A stretch of DNA of 64,000 nucleotides from a marine bacterium AO1-C. GTDB taxonomy: Bacteria; Bacteroidota; Bacteroidia; Cytophagales; Microscillaceae. How positions within the stretch are numbered: the stretch's first letter is position 1; the number at the start of each line of letters is the position of its first letter. Under the pieces are notes generated by a model. It saw nothing but the letters and a program-made list of their open reading frames with translations. It was not told the origin of the DNA and did no database searches. This document shows, piece after piece, positions 51,112 through 61,455 of this stretch. The stretch lies in contig MLAY01000008.1 of the NCBI GenBank assembly GCA_001890965.1, positions 488,341 through 552,340 of the forward strand, read 5' to 3'. Position numbers and translations under genes: made by a program.

Positions 51112-51669
51112 ATGAGAAATCTTATTTTTTTATTCGTACTTGTGTGTACGACTAGTGTGATTCAAGCTCAAAACGAAAATATTTCTAAAGGTACCTGGAT
51201 GGCGGGAGGAAGCGTATCATTTTCTAACACGACCCAAACACTGGGCAACAACAGCACAACTAATACTAATTTTACCCTCGAACCTCAAGCAGGTTATTTT
51301 TTCTCTTCCCGATTTGCACTCACATTTGGAACCAGTTTTTCTACCAGCACTTTTGCAGCAGGACGTTCTAGTGGATTTTCTATACAACCTGGAGCTCGTT
51401 TTTATTTGCATAAAGGCTTTTTTGCCTCTGCACAAGTAGGAATTGGCCATGTAAAAACCTCCATTACCGATCCAGCGAGTAGCGATTATATCAATATCAT
51501 ATCGTTCGAGGGAGGAACTGGCTATAGCATATTTTTGAATAAGTATGTGGCCATTGAACCCGCCTTGGTATATCGTGTAACCAATTTTGACCAAAACGGA
51601 ACCAGTTCAAGTTTTACTGGCTCCAACCGAGAGTTTAATTTTAGTGTTGGCTTTAGAATATTTTTGTAA
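51112..51669 (+). CDS. Small outer-membrane beta-barrel protein, paralog 1 of 3
   Basis: Signal peptide and KGTWMAGGSVSFSN. Alternating beta-strand pattern with a C-terminal FNFSVGFRIFL. Start placed at the ATG at 51112. Confidence 0.6.
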   Translation: MRNLIFLFVLVCTTSVIQAQNENISKGTWMAGGSVSFSNTTQTLGNNSTTNTNFTLEPQAGYFFSSRFALTFGTSFSTSTFAAGRSSGFSIQPGARFYLHKGFFASAQVGIGHVKTSITDPASSDYINIISFEGGTGYSIFLNKYVAIEPALVYRVTNFDQNGTSSSFTGSNREFNFSVGFRIFL

Positions 51670-51983
51670 TACCTAACCAGAGACTGTCTTATAATTTTTT
51701 TTGTACTGAATATTACTTTGGTTTTCTCTATCAGGAAAAGATAAACTTCTCTCATCTCGCAGGCTTACTCAATCCTCCCCAAGTGTTGTTGCCCCTTTAG
51801 GAGGGAGTTGCTTCTGATTATGTAGAACTAAAAATCTTTCTAGAATAATATTTGGTAGTTGATTATTTATGAGACAGCCTCTTCATCCTTCCCTTAACAA
51901 TCCTCTTATCTTCCCTCCTTTTGGCTTCCACTTCCAATTCACTAATTTTGCCCGCAGTATCAAACGATTAAATTTTAATTATA

Positions 51984-52577
51984 ATGAAACAGGTTTTTGT
52001 ATTAGTGATCATCGCTTTTATTAGTATTCAGGCAAAAGCTCAAGATCAAAATCGTTTTAGTAAAGGGCAATGGTTTGTAGGTGGTGATTTTTCTTTTAGC
52101 AATAATTCTAGAAATCTGGGAGGATCAACAGGTAAATTTAAAACAAGTAACTTAAGTTTTTCGGGGGAAGTAGGGTACTTTGTCATACCCAAGCTAGCGG
52201 TTACGCTTACTCCCATATACGCTCGAAACAGTTCCGAAAATACGTCACAATTCAACCCTAATCGTAATGTTTACCGTGAATATAGCCTCAATGCTGGAAT
52301 AAGAGGTTATGTAATTCAAAACTTATTTCTATATGGTAGTATAGGGTGGGGAAAAGTAAAAGAGGTAATTGAAATACCAAATCTTCTTCCAATAACAATT
52401 GAAAGCACCCCAAATGTGTTTGTTTACAGTGCAGGGGTAGGATATAGTCTTTTTTTAATAAAAAAAGTATCACTTGAACCACGGGTATTTTATCGTTTTC
52501 GTCGAATTGGGGATGTTGATGCAGGAGCTGACAATAACTCATTTAATTTTAGTGTTGGCTTTAGAATATTTTTGTAA
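51984..52577 (+). CDS. Small outer-membrane beta-barrel protein, paralog 2 of 3
   Basis: KGQWFVGGDFSFSNN near the N-terminus and FNFSVGFRIFL at the C-terminus. Confidence 0.6.
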   Translation: MKQVFVLVIIAFISIQAKAQDQNRFSKGQWFVGGDFSFSNNSRNLGGSTGKFKTSNLSFSGEVGYFVIPKLAVTLTPIYARNSSENTSQFNPNRNVYREYSLNAGIRGYVIQNLFLYGSIGWGKVKEVIEIPNLLPITIESTPNVFVYSAGVGYSLFLIKKVSLEPRVFYRFRRIGDVDAGADNNSFNFSVGFRIFL

Positions 52578-52849
52578 CGCTTAATAAGTGAGGAAGATCC
52601 AAATCTTTCTCACTCATCCCACCTTTCGTGTCTTCGTTCTATTTAAGTTTCTCAGTCTTACCCTCTTCGTTTAGTCACAACCAACTCTACATTGGTCTAA
52701 AAAGACCGATATCTCCTATAATATGCCCAATTTCGCCTACTAAATCACCTCACTTTTTGAGATATTGCATTATGTAACTTGTCCTAAAATCATTGCTTTA
52801 GGTCATTACAATCATTCAAACACTTCAATACTCATTAAATATCTTTCTC

Positions 52850-53380
52850 ATGAAAAAAATCATTTTACCATTCATTTTATTATTAATTAGCTTTGGGATT
52901 CAGGCTCAAGATCAAACCACCAAAATCCGCAAAGGCACCTGGCTAATCGGCGGTGATCTTTCGTTTAGCACTTTTACTTTCCAGTATCCTTCTAATATGA
53001 GTAGTAGTCCCAATACCAGTACGGTGCTCACCCTAAATCCCCAGGCAGGTTATTTTATTGGTAATCGTATTGCTGTTGGTTTGGGTTTAAACTATTCTAC
53101 CAACCAAACTTTTGATACTTATGGTATACAAACTGGTGCTCGCTTTTATTTGATCAAACATCTATTTGCCGAAGGAATTATTGGGTTTGGAAAAAACGTT
53201 GCGCGAGAAGGTGATTTTCAGTCCGATACGTTTAGTTGGATAACAACGGTGGGCTACTCCGCTTTCTTAAACGAACATGTGGCCCTGGAGCCTCGCATTA
53301 TTTATCAGGAAAATCACTACTCATCTAATATCATAGGGAGAGGATTAACTATAGGAGTAGGGTTGAGGGTATTTTTATAA
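52850..53380 (+). CDS. Small outer-membrane beta-barrel protein, paralog 3 of 3
   Basis: KGTWLIGGDLSFST near the N-terminus and LTIGVGLRVFL at the C-terminus. Confidence 0.6.
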   Translation: MKKIILPFILLLISFGIQAQDQTTKIRKGTWLIGGDLSFSTFTFQYPSNMSSSPNTSTVLTLNPQAGYFIGNRIAVGLGLNYSTNQTFDTYGIQTGARFYLIKHLFAEGIIGFGKNVAREGDFQSDTFSWITTVGYSAFLNEHVALEPRIIYQENHYSSNIIGRGLTIGVGLRVFL

Positions 53381-53448
53381 GGCTTTAAGAAACACAACAG
53401 TTTTTGTAAGATTCTAATAATCATATCAAAACTGTTGTGTTCAATGCG

Positions 53449-54288
53449 TTACCAAATATCTTTTCCCCCTCCAATATTATCAATCAACCAACCAGTCAAT
53501 GGGTTGAGGTATTTATGTGGCACCACACTAGCTGCAGTGGCCGAAAGGTTATTGACTACCCCACCAGTAATGTGTACCCGTTTGTTCTGGCGTAAAGCAT
53601 CGTAGGCTTCTTGGGCTACTTCCTCGGCACTTTGGGTTACCCAATCGGTGTAGCGTCCCTGAGGAGGAGTAGCCAGTTGGGCATTTTCCAGGAAATCGGT
53701 GCGGGTAACTCCTGGGCACACTGTAGTAATATGAATACCACTATGCTTAAGCTCTTCGGCAATGGCTTCCGAAAACGACAATACAAATGCCTTGGTGGCA
53801 AAATAAACAGCCATATTGGGCCCTGGCTGAAAAGCAGCCAGCGATGAGATGTTCATTACTTTATAAGGGAGGCGAACTTCTTCGGTAGCATTGCGTTCTT
53901 TTTGCTCTAGCATGTCATTGACAAACACCTTGGTAAGTTGGGTAAGGGCTATCATGTTTACCTGTAACATTTGATGGTCGTTTTCCCAGGCTTGGTCAGT
54001 AAACTTACCCCTTAAGCCCAACCCAGCATTGTTTATCAATACATTTACGTGTACATCTTTCTCTACCAATTGATCATAAATCTTTTGGGCAGCATTGGGT
54101 TCGTTCAGGTCCTGGGGTACTACCCAACAGTGGGTCTCGAAACGATGCTTGAGGTCTTCTGCAATTTCTTTGAGTTTATCTTCTCGGCGAGCTACCAATA
54201 CCAGGTTGTAATGGTCAGCAGCCAATACATAGGCCAATGCGGCACCAATGCCACCAGAAGCACCTGTGATCAAGGCTATAGGTTTCAT
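53449..54288 (-). CDS. SDR-family oxidoreductase
   Basis: ALITGASGGIGAALA (TGxxxGxG) and the YFATK (YxxxK) catalytic motif. Confidence 0.8.
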   Translation of the reverse strand: MKPIALITGASGGIGAALAYVLAADHYNLVLVARREDKLKEIAEDLKHRFETHCWVVPQDLNEPNAAQKIYDQLVEKDVHVNVLINNAGLGLRGKFTDQAWENDHQMLQVNMIALTQLTKVFVNDMLEQKERNATEEVRLPYKVMNISSLAAFQPGPNMAVYFATKAFVLSFSEAIAEELKHSGIHITTVCPGVTRTDFLENAQLATPPQGRYTDWVTQSAEEVAQEAYDALRQNKRVHITGGVVNNLSATAASVVPHKYLNPLTGWLIDNIGGGKDIW

Positions 54289-54479
54289 GAGGGTAAAGTT
54301 TAAATAAACTTATCTTGGGTATATCACTGACATACTTAAAACCTTAGATAAGTTAAGACTAAAAAATGTAAATTTCCAAGATAAATGTAAGGTAGATTTT
54401 TTATCTTTAAAAACCCCACCTTGTCTTTTAGCAGGCTATCATAAAACATCCTATTTTCACATTTACTCAGAATACTACG

Positions 54480-54890
54480 ATGGAATACGTTTATAAGAAC
54501 AAATTTTTACAGGTTACCTACGATGCTGATCGGAAACTGATGATCAATACTTGGTTGCCTGAGTGCAAGTATATGACTGATACTGATTACAAAGCGCAAA
54601 TGATGGAATATGCCGAGCGAGTCGAGAAGTACCGCCCTGATGTGAGCATGGCCGATGCGATCAATTTTCTCTATACAATTACCCCTGAGATACAAGACTG
54701 GACCAATTCCGAATTTATGCCTCGTTTTATCGGCGCTGGCGTAAAAAAACAAGCCTTTTTGGTAAGTAAAGATTTATTCTCACAGGTTTCGGTAGAACAA
54801 ACGATGAACGAAGAGCAAAATATCAAAGCATTTCAGTTTCGCTATTTTAAATCTCGAGAGGAGGCTTTAGGCTGGCTTACAAATTCATAA
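54480..54890 (+). CDS. Hypothetical protein
   Basis: 136 aa with no recognised motif. Confidence 0.35.
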   Translation: MEYVYKNKFLQVTYDADRKLMINTWLPECKYMTDTDYKAQMMEYAERVEKYRPDVSMADAINFLYTITPEIQDWTNSEFMPRFIGAGVKKQAFLVSKDLFSQVSVEQTMNEEQNIKAFQFRYFKSREEALGWLTNS

Positions 54891-54937
54891 ATGACTTGGC
54901 CTTATTTACAGGCAAGGCCAAGCCGAATACTTAAATA

Positions 54938-56074
54938 TTAAGGAATTACTTCAAATACAATGAATTGATTGAGTTGTTGGCCAAATGCGCTAAAGTTGTT
55001 ATCGGCTACCAATACTAATGATTTATTACCATTGGGTAAATCAGCACCAAAGGCAATGCCTTCTATGTTGTCTACGACACGATCGGTACCTCCAGCAGCA
55101 GACAGTTGGGAACGAATATCCTCAAAATCAAATAGCAATGTTTTAGTAGCAGGGGTATAAGTAGCTCCTTTTAGGGCAGTCATAGAAGATACATCTGTAG
55201 CACTGCTGGCATCTACTTTATAAATGCGTACATTATTGCCGCCATCACTATATCCAGTAGCAAAAGAGCGCTCTAATACCAAAAACTTATTTTCGGCATA
55301 AGCCAGTACTTCTACCACCCCATTCACCATAAAATTACCACTACGTACTACTGGCCCCAATTCGTATACAAACTGGCGACCAAATTCTCCTGTGGCTTGG
55401 TCTACATAAGAAATACGAACGGGTGATTGAGTAGTGGTTCCAAAAGTTGGGGCATCGCCATCTTGAATCAAGGGCAGTTCCATAGCTACCCAATAGCCTT
55501 TATTGTCTATGCTATGCGAAATACCTTCAAAAGTACCATTGTTGCGAGGCCCTTGGTCGGCTTGAGTAGTTGCCTGAAATAGCGAGGGAACAGTGTATTC
55601 TTTGACAAATTGCCCATTGGCAGAAGCTTCACGAATAAATGGATTAACCCCTCTACCATCTACATAACCTTCGCTTGTCCAGATAATGTTTCCCGAAGAA
55701 GGAATCAACCTGATGGCCTCTGGATCGGCTTGGTCATTGGAAAAAGGATTCCCGTTTTTGTCTAAAAGTTCTACCTGACTTAGGATTTCGACTTTAGAAA
55801 AACTGCTTTGGTCAAAAGTGAGTTGGGCAGTATAGTAGCGAATAGGAGCGGCAGGTGCATCGCTAATCAGGTAATATACACCATTGGCATAATCGATACT
55901 GGATAAACCACCTACTACTGTACCATTGAAGGTTGTATTGTCAGGAATAACCTGTTCGCCAATAAAATTGAGGCTGGTAATACTTACCTCAGAAACCTGA
56001 TCGTTGCTGTCTTTTTTACAAGCCGTAAACAAAGACAACACCATTGCTAGCATGATAATGTTTAAATACTTCAT
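54938..56074 (-). CDS. Hypothetical lipoprotein (beta-rich, possibly propeller-like)
   Basis: Lipobox LFTACKK. Repetitive, beta-rich sequence. Confidence 0.4.
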   Translation of the reverse strand: MKYLNIIMLAMVLSLFTACKKDSNDQVSEVSITSLNFIGEQVIPDNTTFNGTVVGGLSSIDYANGVYYLISDAPAAPIRYYTAQLTFDQSSFSKVEILSQVELLDKNGNPFSNDQADPEAIRLIPSSGNIIWTSEGYVDGRGVNPFIREASANGQFVKEYTVPSLFQATTQADQGPRNNGTFEGISHSIDNKGYWVAMELPLIQDGDAPTFGTTTQSPVRISYVDQATGEFGRQFVYELGPVVRSGNFMVNGVVEVLAYAENKFLVLERSFATGYSDGGNNVRIYKVDASSATDVSSMTALKGATYTPATKTLLFDFEDIRSQLSAAGGTDRVVDNIEGIAFGADLPNGNKSLVLVADNNFSAFGQQLNQFIVFEVIP

Positions 56075-56284
56075 TTTGTGATTAATAGCTTAGTAATGTT
56101 GTTTTAAATGAAGCACAAAGAAATGCTAAAATTCCTGCATTGCTTTTACCAATACATTAAGTAATGGTCAAGCAAATGTTTCATATGTAGGTGACATAAA
56201 AAAATAGGTGACGCGAAAACACGCGCCCCTATTCAAGTGAGCTTACTCGAAGCTTACATTTCACACACAACACAATTGTTATTT

Positions 56285-57589
56285 TTAATAAAGTTCATCA
56301 TTAAGCTGAAGCTTCAACTTTTGGGCTGAAGCCCAAGCCTTGATCACCTTCATCTCTTTTTCGGAGGGCATGCGGTTATAGGCCCCTCGAGCTTGCACCA
56401 CTCGATGATCATCTAGTACCTCAATAGTGATGATCTTGGTAGTGGGGCGAAACAAGTCTTGCTTTACCAGACTCCAGATTGAGCAATACCCCGAAGTACA
56501 TCGGTTGAGATAAGAAGACACACAATGACTCATCTGTCGTCCTTCTTCAAACAATGACTGACTATCAGTGATTTGTCGAATCGTATACCATTGCAATGAG
56601 CGTCGTTTGGCAAAATAATGGAACTCGTCCATGGTAGAATAGTTCCAATGAACCACCGCCTGACCATATTGCTCCATCACTCGCTGGTACTGCTGAGCAT
56701 CGTTTAGCCAACGGTGCCATTCTCCAATCATGCGCATCAATGAACCATAAGTTCGCCCCTTTAGGCTAAACTCAGTAGTGCGGGTTTTCTGGCGTACCAA
56801 CTCCCCTGCTTCGTTGAGTTGCAAAGGGGTTTCGTATCGCTGGGCTACGGTAAAGTCTACCAATGGCCCCACCTGGTGATTCTCCAAAAAATCCGGGTGG
56901 TTGATCAAAAATTGAATCAACTCTAGCCAAAACGCTGTATCCTGGGTAACTTGATCCAACTTGGCTACCATTAGCGCTTTAAACAACGCCATACTACCTC
57001 CCAAAGCGATGATTTGCCCATAATACAATGCCTGATAAACACTGTATTCCACAGGAGACTCCAAAAAATGATGCGCCATTTTTTTGGTTAAGCTCACAGG
57101 TAAATCCTTGGCCTTACGGATGTTATGTCCGTTGACCAAATGTAGGTACCATTCTATGGTTTGCTTATTCCCGGTTTTCCAGGCTTGATTCATAAACATA
57201 GGTACCGAATAATGGCCAAACAGGAACTGTAGTAAATCTTTCAACAAAAAATTAGACGCCTCTCGCCAACTTGCCCCTCGGGGGAGTTCTATAGTAGGTT
57301 CCCAGTCTTTAGGATCACGAATCCAGTATTTGGCATAACGATATGCATTCGACAAAGCAGTACCTCGATAATAAATCTGGTAGGCATTGTCTCGAGCAAT
57401 GTCTTTGACAAACTGGTAAAACTCTTTTTGATCGCAACGACGGCGATGCCACCAGGTAGTTTGCAGCAATTCGGCAATGTTTTTAAAATCATTGGGACGA
57501 TTGCTGATGGCTACTTTACGATGGCTCAAATCATACAAAATGGTCTCAAGTTGAGCCCGGGTATAAGCACGTTGTTTTTGTTTTGTCAT
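56285..57589 (-). CDS. Uncharacterised protein, member 1 of a four-gene tandem paralog family (conserved W.RDPK.W.P, FM.QAW, YGQ..A.GGS and M.HCV..Y...C..G..SIW blocks)
   Basis: Aligns along its length with 57953..59491, 59754..61019 and 61456..62805. Shared blocks: WIRDPKDWEP, FMNQAWKTGNKQTIEWYLHLVNGHNIRKAKDLP, YGQIIALGGS and QMSHCVSSYLNRCTSGYCSIWSL. Confidence 0.6.
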   Translation of the reverse strand: MTKQKQRAYTRAQLETILYDLSHRKVAISNRPNDFKNIAELLQTTWWHRRRCDQKEFYQFVKDIARDNAYQIYYRGTALSNAYRYAKYWIRDPKDWEPTIELPRGASWREASNFLLKDLLQFLFGHYSVPMFMNQAWKTGNKQTIEWYLHLVNGHNIRKAKDLPVSLTKKMAHHFLESPVEYSVYQALYYGQIIALGGSMALFKALMVAKLDQVTQDTAFWLELIQFLINHPDFLENHQVGPLVDFTVAQRYETPLQLNEAGELVRQKTRTTEFSLKGRTYGSLMRMIGEWHRWLNDAQQYQRVMEQYGQAVVHWNYSTMDEFHYFAKRRSLQWYTIRQITDSQSLFEEGRQMSHCVSSYLNRCTSGYCSIWSLVKQDLFRPTTKIITIEVLDDHRVVQARGAYNRMPSEKEMKVIKAWASAQKLKLQLNDELY

Positions 57590-57609
57590 GATTATAATCC
57601 AGCTTTGAT

Positions 57610-57650
57610 CCGCCAGATTATAACCATCTTATGAGGTCAGAATCTGGCGG
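57610..57650 (-). promoter_or_regulatory. Perfect 10-bp inverted repeat (ccgccagatt...aatctggcgg, 21-nt spacer) 20-60 nt upstream of the start codon of paralog 1
   Basis: Seen directly in the sequence. Also a GATTATAA(T/C)C direct repeat at 57590-57600 and 57616-57626. Confidence 0.35.
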
Positions 57651-57952
57651 GGTAAAACATTGATGCTTGGGTAATTTGCATGAGTAGTTCATTCAAATTA
57701 CCATTGGCGCCTTCACCTTCAGCATCAGGTTTTGTTTCTTGTTTTTGTTTTCTTTTGCTCAATTTTATTTTTCGTTTTAATTACTGATAGTCAATCTTTT
57801 AGCATTTATTTGATTATCATATTTCAAACTTACTCACTCACTACGCAAGCTTTTTGCGCAGCAAATAATTTTTCTAAAAATTTTCATCTCAGCAAAGGAT
57901 TCTAAACTATCGCCTTGCGCTCATTTTTCACTTTTCATTTTTAGTTTTTCAC

Positions 57953-59491
57953 TTAAGAATAGTCAATAGACAAATCCAGGTTTTCTTGCTTACTCCAATG
58001 TTGAATAATTGATAATTCGCTGTCAGTAGGTTCGCGATTTTGCTTACCTTTTACTGTCCATATTTTGTCCTCATTGCCCAGCTCTATAGTCACGCATTTT
58101 TCTTCTCGACCATCATAAAAAATCCGACTCATGGCCCAAATAGAACTAGTTCCTTCCTGGCATTTATAAGCGTAACCTCCCACACAATGCGACATTACTT
58201 TGCCTTCCAACCATAGCTCATAGTTGTTGATCAGCTGAATGATGCGATAACGTGGCAAAAACGGCAAAGGCTGGTATTCAAAATCCTGCTTTTTACGTGT
58301 TTCCCAGCTTGTCAAATTAGCCTTGAACTCATCGCCCAAAATATTCAATGCATCGTGCCAATCATTAACTACCTTCATCAATGACTTTGGAGTACGCTTT
58401 TGAAGCGTAAAGTCAGGTTCCAAAGCAGTTTCTTTTCTAATACCACCTTCTCGGGTGTACACTCGCTGCCCATAGTATTTGCGCGCATTGATAAAGTTGA
58501 CAATTCGTGGCAACTCTCCCTGATCTACCAATTCGGGATAACGCATCAGGAAATGCACCAACTGAGCAAAAAAATCAGGATCGCGTTGGATCCGTTTTAC
58601 CGAACATTTATATAGTTCGTCGCTCAAAGCTACACTGCCTCCCAACCCTCGAACTTGCCCATATAACAAAGCCTGATTGATGGCGTAATAGCTAGGAGCC
58701 TTGGTAAAATAATGCGTCATTTTAGTGGTCAGTTTGGCTGGAACCGACTTTACCCGACGAAGGTTGTGTCCTTTGGCCAGAAAAATGAACCACAAAATAT
58801 GCTGATGATCATTTGTATCCCAGGCCTTATGCATAAAGGCTGGTACAGAATATTTTACAAACAAATGATTAATCAACTCTTTTATTAATTGAGGATGTAC
58901 TTTGCCCCAACTTACTTCTTGAGCTGCATCCCAATGAATGCTTGGTTTCCAATCTTCAGGATTACGTAGCCAATGCCTCCGATATTTGAACAACACATAC
59001 AAAATATTGTGTTGGTATAAAACTGGCACATTGCCAGGACGCAGTATATCTTTTAGAAAATAGAAAAACTGTTGTTTTTGATGTCCAGGAAGCCATTGGG
59101 TAGTTTGTAACATTTTACCAATATTCTGAAACATCGGCGAAAGCTCATGATACTTTACTTCATTTAAATACAATGCATGTAAAATATCGATTGCCCGAGA
59201 GTACCCTTCGTAAGACAATTGGCGACGCTGTCCTCTTTTTTTGCCTTGCTTCCGAAGTTGCCCTTTCTTTTCCGCGTTGGTCTTCCCTACCGTTTTTCTA
59301 TATGCTCTTTGTTTATTTCTTCTCGAATTCCTTGAGTAATTACGACTAGCCATGATTACCAAATTGGGAGCAAGCCAGGATGACTCACTCCATTGAAGAG
59401 GTAATGATGTTGAATAAAGTATTCGACGTATCTGTATGATCATTGAATCACCCAATATGCAGATATGGCCGAAAACCGCTCCCTTACCCAA
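57953..59491 (-). CDS. Uncharacterised protein, member 2 of the four-gene paralog family (longer, highly basic N-terminus)
   Basis: WLRNPEDWKPS, FMHKAWDTNDHQHILWFIFLAKGHNLRRVKSVP, YGQVRGLGGS and VMSHCVGGYAYKCQEGTSSIWAM. The N-terminal ~100 aa are Arg/Lys-rich. Confidence 0.6.
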   Translation of the reverse strand: MGKGAVFGHICILGDSMIIQIRRILYSTSLPLQWSESSWLAPNLVIMASRNYSRNSRRNKQRAYRKTVGKTNAEKKGQLRKQGKKRGQRRQLSYEGYSRAIDILHALYLNEVKYHELSPMFQNIGKMLQTTQWLPGHQKQQFFYFLKDILRPGNVPVLYQHNILYVLFKYRRHWLRNPEDWKPSIHWDAAQEVSWGKVHPQLIKELINHLFVKYSVPAFMHKAWDTNDHQHILWFIFLAKGHNLRRVKSVPAKLTTKMTHYFTKAPSYYAINQALLYGQVRGLGGSVALSDELYKCSVKRIQRDPDFFAQLVHFLMRYPELVDQGELPRIVNFINARKYYGQRVYTREGGIRKETALEPDFTLQKRTPKSLMKVVNDWHDALNILGDEFKANLTSWETRKKQDFEYQPLPFLPRYRIIQLINNYELWLEGKVMSHCVGGYAYKCQEGTSSIWAMSRIFYDGREEKCVTIELGNEDKIWTVKGKQNREPTDSELSIIQHWSKQENLDLSIDYS

Positions 59492-59723
59492 TTTAGCTTA
59501 CCTCTTTGGCTCCATCAGGAAGGGAGGAGATTGGTATCTTTTCGCCTGAAACACATACCATCTTCTGAGCCTTGAACAATTTGGTTTAGCATTCTTTTAT
59601 TGAATTATAAATTGTTAATGATGAATTATTAATTAGTGTGTATTTGTAATGCGATGTTAAAAACCTACCATCTTTGGTTATGATTTCGTGTCTCTAAAAT
59701 CGCGTTGCAAACACTCGTATAAA

Positions 59724-59750
59724 GTAGCACGCATTTACATGCGTGCTAGT
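59724..59750 (-). terminator. Hairpin immediately after the stop codon of paralog 3 (tagcacgcat-ttac-atgcgtgcta)
   Basis: Perfect 10-bp stem with a 4-nt loop starting 4 nt below the stop codon. On the minus strand it is followed by a U-rich stretch (uacuuuauac). Confidence 0.5.
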
Positions 59751-59753
59751 CAT

Positions 59754-61019
59754 TTATTCTAGTTCGCAGTAATTGGCTACTTTTAGCCTTTCACGCTTTG
59801 CCCATTGACGAACGATTTTGCTTTCGTCTACTCCAGGCATACTGTTCGCCTTACCCCGTACCTGTACAATGGTTTCGCCCTCATGCAACTGAATTGTCAA
59901 TAATGGCTTTACACCGTTACAGGTGGTAGCAGTCAGCGACCAAATAGATGTATCGCCCGATTCACAACGATGCAAGTAAGAACCTACACAGTGTCGCATT
60001 ACTTCTCCCTCACGCTCAATCGCATAGTTGTTGGTCAACTGCATAATGCGATAAATCGGTGATTTTTGATCGGCTTTATTGGCTCGATACAAAAAGTTAC
60101 GCACCTTGTTGGGAGTCCAGGTAACCAATTTTCCCGCACTTATTCCATAGCGATTACTATTTTCCCAATCTTTGACCTCACGCATTAACGACTTGGCAGT
60201 TTTACCTTTTAGGCTAACTTTTCGAGTCACTTGTGGCCCTAGTTGCCCATAGGCATCTATTTGTACCTTCACCAACCTGCGATCGTTCAAATAATTCACA
60301 ATGCGATCTACTTGTTGGTCTTCTTCCAGTTCAGGATTATTGATGAACAATCTCAATAGTGTCAACCACATTTCCTGATCCTGACACAAGTAACTTGTGG
60401 AAAGCAAGCTCAGCTTTTTTACCAGCGATTTTCGCCCTCCCATGGCCATTACTTGCCCATATATTAAGGCATCTTCAATGCGGTACTCAGTCGGAGCTTG
60501 CAAGAATTCATGCGCCATCTTTTTTGTCAAATGTGCCTGCATTCCTGGAGCTGTTCTTATGTTTTGGCCTTGTGCCAAGTGAATAAACCAACTGATATGT
60601 AGTGGGTCTATATCTTGCCACGCCTGATACATAAATTGTGGTACTTCGTAGCGAACAAATAAGTAGTCTATCAGATCTTGTTGCAAAATTTCCCCAGCAT
60701 TACCAATGCTTTTTGGCATCCAGCCTTTAGGAGACTTTAGCCAATGCTTGGTTTGACCATATATGGCCAACAAAGCCTCCCCCTGGTAAAATACCCGATA
60801 GTAATGACGACGAGCTATGGCACTTAAAAATTCATAAAACCCACGTTTGTCGCCTGGACGATCTTTCCATTCGCCTCGCATCAGCTTTCCTACTTTGTAG
60901 TAAGGAGAAAAGCTATCTAACCGATTCAATTTCAGCTTCTTGCGGTAAAGCGCCTCTAATGTTTTTCGAGGGCGACTCAAATCCGCTTTTTTAATTTGAG
61001 AACCCATAATTCTTACCAT
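59754..61019 (-). CDS. Uncharacterised protein, member 3 of the four-gene paralog family
   Basis: WLKSPKGWMPK, FMYQAWQDIDPLHISWFIHLAQGQNIRTAPGM, YGQVMAMGGR and VMRHCVGSYLHRCESGDTSIWSL. Confidence 0.6.
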   Translation of the reverse strand: MVRIMGSQIKKADLSRPRKTLEALYRKKLKLNRLDSFSPYYKVGKLMRGEWKDRPGDKRGFYEFLSAIARRHYYRVFYQGEALLAIYGQTKHWLKSPKGWMPKSIGNAGEILQQDLIDYLFVRYEVPQFMYQAWQDIDPLHISWFIHLAQGQNIRTAPGMQAHLTKKMAHEFLQAPTEYRIEDALIYGQVMAMGGRKSLVKKLSLLSTSYLCQDQEMWLTLLRLFINNPELEEDQQVDRIVNYLNDRRLVKVQIDAYGQLGPQVTRKVSLKGKTAKSLMREVKDWENSNRYGISAGKLVTWTPNKVRNFLYRANKADQKSPIYRIMQLTNNYAIEREGEVMRHCVGSYLHRCESGDTSIWSLTATTCNGVKPLLTIQLHEGETIVQVRGKANSMPGVDESKIVRQWAKRERLKVANYCELE

Positions 61020-61455
61020 TTTGAATGCGGCAAGGAACCTTTCAGGGTAAATGGTCAGGGGTTAATGATGAATTTCCTGAACAGTATTTATCCAATCAAA
61101 GCCATTGCTTGGTAAGTATCTGGGATACTCAAACCTCGCCGCGATTAAGAAGTATTGTTATTCATTTTGAAATTTATGTTGTACCCCTCAGGGGGTATGC
61201 CTGCATCACCTCGTGAGTCAGACTTGTTTTGTTTAAATAATTTGATGTTGGTCATGTATATTTTTGATTTTAAGTGCTTTCAATAAATATGGCTAAATGG
61301 TTTCATTGTTCTATGGTCTCGTGATGCATTGCAGTACCATATCACTACTTCATAATAAAATATGAATTATCTTGAACTACTCATTAGCCATATCTAAAGC
61401 ACTGATTAATAACAATTTTAAACTTTATCGTAAACTCTGAACTACTGACTACCTA

